Below are positions 10,951 to 24,060 of a DNA stretch of 64,000 nucleotides, one piece after another (within the stretch, counting starts at the first letter, position 1; every line of letters begins with the position of its first letter). Origin of the DNA: Octopus sinensis (Eukaryota); assembly GCF_006345805.1 (NCBI RefSeq), contig NC_043000.1:103664001-103728000 (forward strand). Reading direction: 5' to 3'. The position numbers were made by a program, and so were the translations under genes. Below the pieces are notes generated by a model, which ran no database searches, was not told the origin of the DNA, and saw only the letters and a list, made by a program, of their open reading frames with translations.

Positions 10951-13642
10951 TGTTGTTAGCATCCTTTTTGTCTCGGGAGACAATGGAGTTGCGCATAAAA
11001 TAATCTAGTCCGGCTTTTACATTTCATGTCCTAATACATCTCCTGCTGTAGCTGTGTAGTCCTATCCTGGGCAAACACTCCCTCTGGCAGTTGCCGCAAA
11101 TGTAGCGAAGACTTTGCCTGGCTGGTTGTAATGTCATACTTTCTTGTTGACGTCTTTTCTTGTCTTTCCATTTCTCCTCTCTCTCTCTATGTCACTCCTT
11201 TGTGTTCCCTCCTTTACGGTACGTCGCCAATCTCCACCGTTACTGGCAACAGCTTCCCAGTTGGTAATATTGATGTTGCAGGCATTCATGTCCCTTTTGC
11301 AAACATCCTTGTATCGTAAGAACGGTCTTCCCACAGACCTAATGCCCCTAGCAAGCTCTCCGATGAGTATGTCCTTGGGGATTCTGCCATCTTCCATACG
11401 ACTAACATGTCCAAGCCATCTCATACGTCTTTGTGTGAGGAGTGCAAACATGCTTGGTATTCCTGATGGCTTGAAGACATCTTTGTTGGGGACATGATTC
11501 TGCGATTTGATGCGAAGGATTTTCTGGAGGCAGCGCAGGTGAAAGATATTTAGGCGACACTCTTGGCGTGTGTATGGCGTCCAAGTCTTACTTCCATACA
11601 GTAGAGTGCTAAGTACACATGCCTGGTAAATCTTCATTTTTGTGGTCTTGGTCAGCTTATTGTTGTCCCATGCCCGTTTGGAGAGTTGGGCCATCACAGT
11701 AGCTGCCTTGCCAATGTGTATATTGAGCTTAGCATCAAGGGATATGTTGTAGGTGACGGTAGATCCAAGATAGGTAAACTTCTCCACCTCCTGTAGTATG
11801 TGGCCTCCAATATGTATGTTTGGGATGTCCAATGTAGCCTGACCCATGATGTTGGTCTTCTTGAGGCTGATAACTAAGCCAAAGTCGCTATATGCATGCT
11901 CAAAACAGTTAATGAGCCTTTGTAGGGCTTCTTCTGTGTGTGATACCAGAGTGGCATCATCAGCAAATAGCATCTGCTTGATCAGGACGCTACTGATTTT
12001 GGTCTTGGCAAGACGCGAGAGATTGAACAGTTTCCCGTCACTTCTACTGTGCAGAAACACTTCATCATCTGATATCTCAAAGGCATGTGACAGCAGCAGC
12101 GAGAAGAAGATGCCAAATAATGTAGGAGCAAGGATACAACCTTGCTTTACTCCGTTTTTTATTTGGAAGGCGGCTGATGTTGAACCATTGTGCTGTATGG
12201 TGCCTTGCATATCATCATGGAAAGATTTGATGATCCTCAGCAGCTTTGGTGGACATCCGATTACCCAGTCAAAGGCCTTTGTCCAATCAATGAAGGCCAT
12301 ATATAATGGCATTTTCTGCTCTCTGGACTTCTGAAGTTGGCGTATGGAGAATATCATGTCAATAGTTGATCTGCTTCTTCTAAAGCCACACTGCGATTCT
12401 GGATAAATTCGAAAAGCAAGCAGTTGTAGCCTGGACAGGATAACGCAAGCAAAGGCCTTTCCAACATTGCTTAGAAGAGATATTCCACGGTAATTGTTAC
12501 AATCACTTCGGTCACCTTTGTTTTAGTAAAGCGTAATGATGTTAGCATCCCGCATATCCTGAGGAACTGTACCCTCTTCCCAGCACTGACACAGAAGCTC
12601 ATGAAGGTGCCTAAGCAGGATGGTGTTTTTGCTGGTTTTGATGATCTCTAAGGGGATGCTGTCTTTTCCCGGAGCCTTGTTACTTGCTAGGGAGTCAATA
12701 GCGTTGGTGAGCTCTGCTATAGATGGCAGACTGTCAAATTCACACATGACTGGCAAGATCTTGACACCCTCGATTGCAGCCTCAGCTACCGTGGTTTCCC
12801 GTGAGTAGAGATCCTGGTAGTACTCCACCCATCTATCCATTTGCTTGCTTTGGTCCTTGATGAGATCTCCAGTAGTTGATTTCAGAGGGGCTGACTTGGT
12901 TGTGGATGGACCGAGGGCCTTCTTCAAACCGGCATACATCCCACGGGTGTCGCCACTGTCAACAGCTGACTGGATACTCTGACAGATTTCCTGCCAATAC
13001 CTATTTGCACAGCGTCTGGCAGTCAGTTGGGTTTTATTTCTTGCTCTTCTGAGTTCTTCGGGTGACTTTGTAGAAGAATCACTCTTGTATTGCATAAGAG
13101 CTGCACGCTTTGCTTCGATAACTGTTTCCAGCTCTGAGAGCCCAGCACTGAACCAATCTGGGTTTTGCCTTTCTCCCATGCCGAAAGAATCTATTGATGT
13201 GGTATACAAAGCTTCCCTGATATAATTCCACCTATTTTCAGCAGAGGAGGTTGGGCAGCTACTGAGGGCAACCTTGATAGAAACAGCAAAACATTTTTGC
13301 AGTGTAGGATCCGAGGTTCTGGCAGTGTTAATGCGTGGTCGGCCCATTTTCTTGGACTGATAGACTTTTTTAGGCAGAATCCTCACCCTGCTTCTTATTA
13401 GTGAATGATCTGTGTCACAATCCGTGCTGTGGTAACTACGGGTCAGTTGAACAGAATTCAGAAAGGATGTTCGTGTAAGATGAGATCCAGCTGATGCCAG
13501 TGGTGAGATCTCGGATGTCTCCAAGATGCCTTGTGGCATGTCTTGTTGGCAAAGAATGTGTTGGTGATGTACAGGTTATGGTATGTGCAAAATTCAAGTA
13601 GTCTCTGACCATTGTCATTCATGTTGATAATACCAAAACCCA
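10951..13642 (-). mobile_element. RTE-clade (BovB-like) LINE, 5' truncated, disrupted
   Basis: End of the APE domain (NGQRLLEFC, WRHPRSHHWHQLDLIL), linker ORF 12523-13539 (KAPGKDSIP), RT ORF 11134-12357 (FIDWTKAFD, GVKQGCILAPTLF, FADD, FTYLGS, RWLGHVSRM). 3' UTR with an AAC-type tail at 10951. Flanked by a 54 bp direct duplication. Confidence 0.95.
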
Positions 13643-14206
13643 TACACTTACATATATACATGCATATATATATACGATTGATTTGTTTCAGTTCCTGTCT
13701 ACGAAATCCATATATATATACATATATATATACACACACACACACAATGATAAATTGATAGATACAACTGAGTGGGCAAACAAAAATATGAGACACTGCG
13801 TAGTGCTTTTATATATTTTGATAAGCCTGGTCTTATTCTATCAGTTTCTTCTTGTGAAACCAGTAACTTATGGGGATGTAAGTAAACGAACACCAGTTGT
13901 GAAGCAGTGATGAGGGAGAAACACAAAGACACACACATAGACTTACATATATACATACATATACATACAATTGATTTCTTTCAGTTTCTGTCTACAAAAT
14001 CCACTGACAAGGCTTTAGTTGGTCTGAGGCTATAGCAGAAGACACATGCCAAGTTACCACACAGTGGGACTGAACTGAGGACCATGTGTTTTGGAACCAA
14101 GTTTTTATTACCACACAGTCACACCTGCGCCTATGTATGTGTGTATGGGTGTATATATGTATGCATGTATATATGTGTGTATATATGTGTACATATTACA
14201 TGTACA

Positions 14207-14278
<72 letters not shown>

Positions 14279-14356
14279 TAGATATACATGTATACATATA
14301 CATGTATATCTATAGAAATACATCTATACATATACATGTATACATATTACACTACA

Positions 14357-14607
14357 TGGACCCGAAGTAGGGCATGTGTAAAATTTGAATAAAATTGGTT
14401 GTGTAGTTTTCAAGTTTTAGGGATTCATAGGGGAGAAGATATATTTCTATGAGCTCGTCCTAGGCAAGAAGTTAAAATATATATGGGCAAGAAGTTTTTG
14501 CCCATATAACTCCATGGACCCTAAGTAAGGCATGTGTAAAATTTGAATGAAATTGGTTGTGTAGTTCTCAAGTTCTAGGGATTCACACAGACATACACAC
14601 ATTCTCA

Positions 14608-14687
<80 letters not shown>

Positions 14688-14872
14688 ATGATATTACTGT
14701 GGGTTCGCCCTAGGCAAGAAGTTAAACATTTTTTTTTGCCCATGACACTCCCCGGACTCTAAGTAAGGCATGTGTAAAATTTGAATGAAATTGGTTGTGT
14801 AGTTCTCAGATTTTAGGGATTCACACAGACAGACAGACACACACACACACATTCTCAGTTTTATATATATAT
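14357..14872 (+). repeat. Three tandem Helitron-like 3' end modules
   Basis: Repeated GGACCCTAAGTAAGGCATGTGTAAAATTTGAATGAAATTGGTTGTGTAGTT...GGGATTCACACAGAC...ATTCTCAGTTTTATATATAT at ~14357, ~14515 and ~14752. A fourth copy is at 16631-16805. Confidence 0.7.
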
Positions 14873-15190
14873 ACACACACACATATATATGCATATGCGT
14901 ATCAGTGTGTGTGTATGTATGTGTGTCTACCTGTCCCACCCCTCACTGCTTGACAGGCAAGATGAGCAATATTAGTGTTTATCTCACCAAAACTTAGCAG
15001 TTTGGCAACAGAGACAATAGAATAGGTACCAGACTTTAGAAACAAGTGTTGGAATTAATTTGTTCAACTAAAACCCTTCAAGGAAATGCTCCAACATGGC
15101 CACAGTCTAATGACTAAAACAAGTAAATAATAATACTGTGTTGTTAATGGCGCAACAATGCACCATAATAATAATAACAATGCTTGCGTC

Positions 15191-16630
15191 AGTCAGCAAG
15201 CCAAGCCCAGGACCAGCCAGGTATCCAAAACCGGCCAGCCAGCCATGGCCAGGCCAGCCAGCCATGGCCAGGCCAGCCAGCCATGGCCAGGCCAGCCAGC
15301 CATGGCCAGGCCAGCCAGCAAGCCAAGGCTCGGCCAGCCAGCAAACCAAGGATGGGCCAGCCACACAGCCAAGACCTGGCCAGACAGCCAGCCTAGGCAA
15401 GTTTCTAGCCAGCAAATCAAGTCCAGGACCGGCCGGGTATCCAAAACAAGGCCAGCCAGCCAGCCTAGGCCAGTTTCCAGCCAGCAAGCCAACGCCGGGC
15501 CAGCCAGTCAGCCAGCAAGCCAAGGCCGGGACAGCCAGGCAGCCAAGACCAGGTCAACCAGCCAGCCTACGCAAGTTTCTAGCCAGCAAGCCAAGCCCAG
15601 GACCAGCCAGATACCCAAAACCGGGACAGCCAGCCAACCCAGGCAAGTTTCCAGACATCAAGCCAACGCCGGCCCAGCCAGGTACCCAAAACCGGGCCTG
15701 CCAGCAAGCCAAGACCGGGCAAGACAGGCAGCCAAGAACCGGCCAGCCAGCCAGCCTAGGCAAGTTTCCAGCCAGCAACCCAAGCCCAGAACCAACCAGG
15801 TATCCAAAACCGGGCCAGCCAGCCAGCCTAGGCCATTTTCCAGCCAGCAAGCCAACGCCGGGCCAGCCAGGTATCCCAAACCGGGCCAGTCAGCAAGCTA
15901 AGGCCAGGCCAGCCAGCAAGCCAAGGCTGGGCCAGCCATGCAGTCAAGATCCGGCCAGCCAGCAGCCTAGGCAAGTTTCCAGCCAGCAAGCCAAGTCCAG
16001 GACCAGCCAGGTATCCAAAACCGGGCCAACCATCCAGCCTAGGCCAGTTTCCAGCCAGCAAGCCAAGGCCGGGCCAGCCAGGTATCCAGAACTGGGCGAA
16101 CCAGCCAGCCAAGGCCAGGTCAGCCAGCAAGCCAAGGTCGGGCCAGCCAGGCAGTCAAGATCCGGCCAGCCAGCCAGCCTAGGCACGTTTCCAGCCAGCA
16201 AGCCAAGTCCAGGACCAGCCAGGTATCCAAAACCGGGCCAACCATCCAGCCTAGGCCAGTTTCCAGCCAGCAAGCCAAGGCCGGGCCAGCCAGGTATCCA
16301 GAACCGGGCGAACCAGCCAGCCAAGGCCAGGTCAGCCAGCAAGCCAAGGTCGGGCCAGCCAGGCAGCCAAGAACCGGCCAGCCAGCAAGCCAAGTCCAGG
16401 ACCAACGAGGTATTCAAAACAGGGCCAGCCATCCAGCCTAGGCCAGTTTCCAGCCAGCAAGCCAAGCCCATGACCAGCCAGGTATTCAAAACCGAGCCAG
16501 CCAGCCAGCCAGTCTAGATAAGTTTCCAGCCACCAAGCCAACGCCCGTCAAGCCAGGTACCCAAAACCGGGCCAGCCAGCCAGCCAGCCAAGGCCAGGTC
16601 AGCCAGCAAGCCAAGGCCGATCCAGCCTCC
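15191..16630. repeat. GC-rich CCAG-based minisatellite with a 72 bp unit and a ~211 bp higher-order repeat
   Basis: Unit GGCCAGCCAGCCAGCCTAGGCAAGTTTCCAGCCAGCAAGCCAAGTCCAGGACCAGCCAGGTATCCAAAACCG. A ~211 bp block repeats at ~15941 and ~16152. The T-poor + strand explains the long open frames. Confidence 0.92.
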
Positions 16631-17071
16631 CCGGACCCTAAGTAAGGCATGTGTAAAATTTGAATGATATTGGTTATGTAGTTCTCAAGTTGTTTGGGAT
16701 TCACACAGACAGACAGACAGACAGATAGACAGACAAACAGACACACACACACACACACACATACACACACACACACACACATTCTCAGTTTTATATATAT
16801 AGATATCCCTTCATCGGAGACGGTGTGAGAGGATGGTTATGTAATAGTTAATTTAGATAGGATACAAAATAGAGAGTGAGGTGGAGGAAAGAAAATAGAT
16901 GTGAGGTATGTAGGGATATTGAATTTGTAGATCCATTTTTTAGGCAGAATGGTGATCCCAATCCAACATTATTTAAAATTGTTCATTATCTATTATATTT
17001 ATAAAACATATATATATGTATACTGACGCGCGCACATGTATATGTATGTATACATATAAATATTTATATAT

Positions 17072-17370
17072 ATATATTAATATATATTTATACTCTCTCT
17101 CTCTCTCTGAAATTCTAGATTGGGCCAAAATAGAATTGACCCAAAGTGCTACGTGGTAGCATCGAATCCGTTATACTGCGAACTCCTTAACTGCAAAGCC
17201 ACAATACTCTACTGGTGACCTTTATGTAATCCGGAAAGCCTAAATTTCCAACATAAAAGAGACCAAAACAAAAAAAAAACAGTGGAACAGTTTCTTATAG
17301 ATAATGCATTGTTGTTTGAATATTGAGATACTTATATTGAAGTATGTCCATTTAACTAAATGTATTGTAT
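17072..17370 (-). repeat. Right arm of the ~320 bp inverted duplication
   Basis: Reverse complement of ~7885-8205. Confidence 0.88.
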
Positions 17371-17619
17371 GTATAGTAGTCCTAAAGTATAGTGTAGGAA
17401 ATTATGTAGTATTTAGTTTACCAAAAACTAATTTTTCGGATTTGTATCTTGTAAAAATTGAAGACTACAATTTTGCAAAAGATAAACAAATAAATAAAAA
17501 TAAATGTTTGTTTTCATTTTATTTTATACCCCCTCTCTAATAATTCTATGAAAATGATTGCACGAGCATTGGAATATTTGTACATGTATCAGGTATACAA
17601 ACTCATTTATACTTATGAT

Positions 17620-19040
17620 GGATTCTCTTGTCATGACAAATGAGAGTTCAGTAAAATAAAGCGTTGATCATGTTCTATAGACATCTCTTGGGGCCTGCTG
17701 GTGCCTTGCAAACCTTTTGGCAAATGGATCGAGTTGGGGACTCAGTTTGCTTGGGTGCTTGTTGATCACTATGTGTTTTCTTGAGTGGCCAGCAAGACCT
17801 GCTTTGTTTCGCACTACAAAACCACTATGACAGGTAAGGTTTTCATCTAGAGGAGCAGCGTTTTGCCAGCGTAACTTCATGCTTGCACGAAGTTGGTCCC
17901 GATGTTGGAATCGACTTTGCTCAAATCTTTGAACTGGGTTAAAACAGGACTGGCACCAGGACTTGCCTTCTGACGCTTTGTTTCCCCAGGAAGAAAAGGG
18001 AATGTTGCATCGCTTCCGATTGTCTTTTAGTTTGTCTTTGAAGAGCAAGTGTGGCCTTCCAATTGACCTCCTTGTTGGGAATTGGCCAAAAAGAAGTTGC
18101 TTCAGAATTCTGATGTCACCCATACGTGAGAGATGACCTGACCATCGAAGCTGTAATTTGATGAGGATGGCTTCAGTACCTGATATGTTGCATCTTATTA
18201 GTACTTCACTGTTAGGAATATGGTCACTCAGTTTTATGTTGGAGATAGTACGCAAGCATCGCATATGAAAAGCGTCAAGCAGGTTGATGTACTTTCAGTA
18301 CAGAGTCCAAGATTCAGCACCATCAAACAATGTTGTCAAGACCACCGATTTATATACATCGACTTTCACCTTCAACGATACGTCGTAGCTGTTCCAAAGC
18401 CTGTGATAAAGCTTACTGAAAGCGGAGCTAACCTTCCCGACTCTGCGCTCAATTTCTTTATCCATCTTAGCAACATTGGACACAAGACAAGTGAAGGAGA
18501 AAATAGTTTTTAATGTCTTCTCATCAACATATTCAGTAGGGGTAACAGCGGGAAGATGGTCATAAATGGGCCGATAGACAAGCTCAGTTTTCTTGATGCT
18601 GATGGTCAGACCAAAAGCCTTCGATGCAGGGGAGAAGTTGTTTAGAATCTATTGTATGTCCTCAAGAGTGTGTGCTACAAGTGCACAATAGTCTGCGAAG
18701 AGCAAATCTCGAACTGTTTGCACCAACGTCTTAGTTTTTGTTTTGAACTTTACTCCGTCTTTAACACCCTCGCACTCTGTTTCCGACATGACGGAAAATA
18801 CAAAGTAAATAAGAGCGGTGCAAGAACACAGCCTTGTTTTGTCCGATCTGAGACAGTGAATGAATCGCACGCTTCCTCACTGGATCCGACGGAAGCCATC
18901 ATCCCTTGATGGAAAGAAATGGTGACGTTGAGCATCTTTCTGGGGACACCTATCTTTCTAAGGACAACAAAAAGAGCATCCTTTGATACGGTGTCGAAAG
19001 CTTTAGTTAGATCTACAAAAGTGACAAAAAAGTTTCGGTT
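17620..19040 (-). mobile_element. Second RTE LINE, 5' truncated within RT, frameshifted
   Basis: FVDLTKAFDTV, RTKQGCVLAPLLFTLYF, DLLFADYCALVAH, LFDGAESWTLY, LQLRWSGHLSRM. Confidence 0.92.
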
Positions 19041-19245
19041 TATATATACACACACACACACACGCACATACATACAGACATACATACACACACTCATATA
19101 TACATACGTACATACAAATGCACATATATATATGTGTGTGTCTGTGTGTATGTGTGTATATATATACACTCACACATGTGTGCATATACATATTACATGT
19201 ATTCATACATACATACATACATACATACATACATACATACATACA

Positions 19246-19303
<58 letters not shown>

Positions 19304-19315
19304 TGTGTGTGTTTG

Positions 19316-19512
19316 TGTCTGTGTTTGTCCCCCTAGCATTGCTTGACAACCGATGCTGGTGTGTTTATGTCCCCGTTACTTAGAGGTTCGGCAAAAGAGA
19401 CCGATAGAATAAGTACTGGCCTTACAAAAAAGAATAAGTCCCGGGGTCGAGTTGCTCGATTAAAGGCGGTGCTCCAGCATGGCCGCAGTCAAATGACTGA
19501 AACAAGTAAAAG
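19316..19512 (+). mobile_element. OR1-type SINE, 3' half
   Basis: GCTTGACAACCGATGCTGG...CGACTAAAGGCGGTGCTCCAGCATGGCCGCAGTC...GAAACAAGTAAAAG, the octopus OR1 body. Confidence 0.85.
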
Positions 19513-19716
19513 AAAAAAATATATATATATATATATATTACAGATGAAGTCCAGAGATTCTCCATATAGAAGACACTTAGTGGTACTCAAAAGAATCAAA
19601 CTTAGACTCCGATGTCTTTACAGCAGGTCATTCTACAAGGTAAAGAAAGGCTATAAGAGGGATCAAGTTATGCGGATAAACAAATTAGACACATCAGATA
19701 AATTAAATACATCAAA

Positions 19717-19760
<44 letters not shown>

Positions 19761-20039
19761 GTATACATACAAAACGAGAGAAAGCAAAAGGTGGAAACTT
19801 TCAGACGATGAATTTTTAAGTATAAATATATAGATATTTATATTAATAGGTCCAACTTACACAGAGTACAAACGCCAGAGAAAATTAAAGAGGCAGAAGA
19901 AAGGTTTTATAAGCCCAACAGCTGTTTCTGGGGGCTCGGTGATCCATAATAATGTTGGTATATTTAGTTCAACTCAATATGCGACCCTATGGACGCAATT
20001 AATATTTGGTGAGACGAGCCTACGTCATCAGGGTAGAGA

Positions 20040-21600
20040 TCTTACATTTCACATATACTGATGCAGAGAAGTTCAAAGATGGAATGATTAAATGTGGAGA
20101 GCTAGCTGTATTAGAGGTGGGTACTGTGAGGCCTCTATTCTACAATTGGTGCCGAAAAAGACTGAAGTGATTGACATCCCTATGAGAATTATAGAATACT
20201 AAACTCCAAAACGGTGTCGGATAAATATCTTATTTCTCACATTCATGATTTCTCATTTTCTGTATACGATGTTTTGGCTCGCGTATTTAATCAGTCACTC
20301 ATAGAGCCAAGTGATATTCATAAGTTAGCAATTACTACACCTTTGAATTAGACAATTCGTTAGAATGCCATTCGTGCTCAGGAACTTTATGAATTCCTTC
20401 CAAAGATTTATTGATGAAGTTACTCGCAGTTTGAATATCGTTTTTGTTTACATAGATGATTTATTGATAGCAGGTACTTCAAAATCAGCTCTTCACTAGA
20501 TTGTTACATTACAGCAGAGTGATTAACCCTAATAAATATCTGTTTGGTGATTCCTATTTAAACATTCATTGATAGTAATGGTATTCACCCTATGACGGAA
20601 AAGGCAGATGTTATTGTGCTGTGCCCAACTTCTTGGCTTAATGAATTTCTACAGACGTTTTATTCTGCACCGTGCTGAAATTACTTATCCATTAATTGAA
20701 GTGATACGTAATCGGACGTCACCCAAAGAGGGAAAAACGAGAAGGTTCTTTTAGATCGAAAGAATTGTGATAGTTTAATGAGATTAAAAATAGTAATTAT
20801 CCCAGACTACTTCATTAACTCACCCGATAGCAGATGCGCCCCTTTCTCTCTTAGTAAATCTTTTTGACGTGGTAATCGTAGATGTTTTACAATAATTGTC
20901 CTGTTTTTCTTGAAGTGTTTGAAACCAAACCAACCGAAACTAGATATATAACATTCGACCGGGAATTATTAGCGGTATATCTATCAGTTTAATATTTTTG
21001 TCATTTCCTAGAAAAAAAGAAACTTTGTCATATATGCTAACCACAAACCATTGACCTTTGCTCTTCAAAATAAACATTCTCTAAAGAAAATTAGACACCT
21101 TTATTTTCTATTGCAGTTTACTACAGATATTTACTATATCAAGGGTTCTAGTTATTGTGTGGATTCTCTGCACTCCAGCGATTCTATTGATTTGGAAAAA
21201 AATTGCTATGAGCCAAGAACTGGATGAAGAATTACTACAACTGAAAAACGCCGAGTCATTTCCTTTAAAATTCTGTCTTCTACATGTGCCTACTTTCACG
21301 AGGTATATTTGACCTGGTATTTCTACTGGTCATGGACGGCCTTTTGCGTTTGTTAAATATAGACGTCAGGTTTTTTATTTTCTTCACATCCGGGAGTTGT
21401 AGCATCGGAAAAATTCATTTCACCTCGTTTCATTTGCCCAGATATCAACAGAAATGTTCTTCAATGGGCTTGGAATTGCATAAACTGTCAAAAGGCAAGA
21501 GTCCATCGCCACATTAGATATCCCCTAGGAACTTTCACTACTCCGAAAGTACGTTTTCAACACTTATGTACCCACAACATCGCTTTTAACTACATATCTT
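20040..21600 (+). pseudogene. Decayed gypsy pol (RT, RNase H, integrase remnants)
   Basis: Manual translation across frameshifts gives LVPKKT, RILNSKTVSDKYLISHIHDFS, YIDDLLIA, LTHPIADAPLSL, ELLAVYL, NHKPLTFAL and LQFTTDIYYIKG. Confidence 0.82.
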
Positions 21601-22013
21601 GCTATGTGTGCTAAAGTTTACAGTTCATTTACTTTATTGGCTGACGTAATACTACTTTCATATACATACATACACAAACATACATAAATACACACAAGCA
21701 TACATACATACATACATACATACATACATACATACATACATACATACATACATACATACATACATACATACATGCATACGGTAGCTGGTAATATAACTCC
21801 TGGTAATTTCACACCCAATATTAGAAAAAAATATAACGTTGTATAAATATAAAATAAAATCTTTAGTAAAGCATAAAAAATATTACTAAAAGCTTCCATA
21901 ATGAGGAAGGTTATGAGCTATTGCTCGTAAAAAAAAAGCCTATCTTATTTTCGGGGCTATATCGCTCAAATAATTATCTGCAGCCGTTTGTTTATAACCT
22001 TTTTCTATACTTT

Positions 22014-22415
22014 ACTAGCAGTATCGCCCGGCGTTGCTCGGGTTTGTAAGGGAAATAACTATATAAGCATTTTTAGAGAGTTATAGCAAAAAAATAGCAA
22101 AAAATGCATTAAAAATGGAAAAAAAATTATGGTAAATTTTTTTTTAAATCGTTGACTCATCGTAGACATTTTTAGAGAGTTACTTCCCTTATATAATAGC
22201 GAAAAAATACATTAAAATGGGAAAAAATGATGGTAAATTTTTTTTAAATCGTAGACTCATCGTAGACGCGCGCTAATACCCAGAAGGGCTCGATATGAAT
22301 CACGACTATAAGATACCCACTTTTGGTTAAACTGCACCGCAAAATGTGGGAGTAGTTAGGAATCTAAATCGTAGGAGACAGACACTCACACAACTTCACT
22401 TTTATATATAAAGAT
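22014..22415 (+). mobile_element. Helitron-like (Lep1/DINE-type) non-autonomous element
   Basis: 5' ACTAGCAGTATCGCCCGGCGTTGCTCGGG, an internal duplicated block, and 3' CAGACAGACAC...TTTTATATATAAAGAT. A related 5' end lies at ~8311. Confidence 0.7.
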
Positions 22416-22419
22416 ATAC

Positions 22420-23720
22420 TTTTTCTAGTCTCGCAGATCTCACCTTGATCAAATCCAACCATTCTCAGTTGTACCAAATGTTCTTTCCTTTTCGACGCAG
22501 TAATTAATTTCCATAGATTCGGATGTGTGCAAGTTAAAGAACTTTGTAGTGCGTTGTGATATTCCTTTAAATGGTTATTAGTGCGAGGCATACCCGATTC
22601 TGTTCTAAAGCGGACTTTCCAACTATCAAAGGGAAACAAAGTTCTTCGTTGTTTAATTCCTCAACCTCGCACGCATCTTATGTACGATATTTCAAAGTAG
22701 GACACAAGTTCTTACGGAAGGTCGTTGTCATCTACAAGATATTCGAATCCATCAATCACATCATCAAGAGGAAAAAATGTCAGCATCTGATTTTAATGCT
22801 GAACTTATGTTTCCTTAAAGCCAAATTCACATACTTTTCTGTACACATTTTGAGATAGATGAAAAAGACAACATGAGATGGAAGCACTAGAAAACAAATA
22901 AAATGCTATTGATGTGAGCTTTTTCAAACTTCATCAAAGCTTTTTCAGGACTTAGTCCTTGGCGTAATTCATTTAGCTTATTAAAAAGGCGGGTGTAAGT
23001 TTTTTTGGTTCTTGTTTGGAACTAAGGCAAACAATCGTGGAACACTGAATGAACCCAATTGAATATGAAGCGTTTACAACTGATAACATGTAGTTAAGGA
23101 GCACTTAAATGTCCCATTACCTGCCCAGTGTTTTACATTTACTGAGTCATCAAGTCCCTTATCAGTTGCATACACAAATCATCTGTCAGAATCATTTTCA
23201 CCACTATCAAACTGCAAGAAAAGTTCGCCACTATCAAGGAACTTGTATTCATGGGTATCTCATAACCAAATCGACTCTGATGGATTGGAGGGTACTTACT
23301 TTTGCTTGACGTCAGTTACTTATATTGAACTTACACACGAAATGGAGGGCATGTGAGCCATTTCATTTTCATCAAGCTTTTCACGAGCAGTCGCAATTAA
23401 TGGACGAAAAGATTCCTGGAAAGCAGCTGCTAAAGTTTCGCGAACTTCGGGTTTTGGAGTACACGAACTATGATGATGTTCACTAACGTGCTTAATTATG
23501 GTATAATCTTCATCATGTTTCATGGTGTGGACTCGAACTTTACAGGGCTTAATTTTGCATCTTAGGTCCATCAGCATTTTGTTTCTGTGTTTCATATGTG
23601 TAATTAATGTCATCCACAAGTTTTTTCCCTCTACAGATGCTGTTAAAAACGTGAGGCATGGTGTATGTATATTTCCTTTTTAAGTAACGAATGAGGCAGG
23701 TATGGATCACGGGTAAACCT
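22420..23720 (-). pseudogene. Decayed Mutator/MULE transposase with a FLYWCH-like N-terminus
   Basis: C-terminal RTNNHLKEYHNALQSSLTCTHPNLWKLI, a MULE motif. N-terminal CKVRVHT...IIKHVSEHHH is FLYWCH-like. Confidence 0.78.
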
Positions 23721-23819
23721 GTAAACCTTTTAAATAAAACACCCAAATGGATGACTGAAATGATACTTTCAGTTAACTAAATTATTCTGTAAATAAACAA
23801 TCTACTCCAGTACTCAGCT

Positions 23820-23975
23820 GATACTTATTTTATCGACTCCGACAGGATGAAAGGCAAAGTCCAACTCAGCGGAATTCGAACGCGGAACGTAAAGACAGGT
23901 GAAATGCTGTTTAGCATTTTGCCTGGCATGCTAATTCTGCCACCTTACTGCCTTAATTATGACAACAGCAACAAC

Positions 23976-24060
<85 letters not shown>

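Noticed and set aside
15107-16782. Multiple Trp/Leu/Ala/Gly-rich minus-strand ORFs over the minisatellite
   Set aside because: They are translations of (CTGG)n-type repeats, fragmented across frames, with no family motif.
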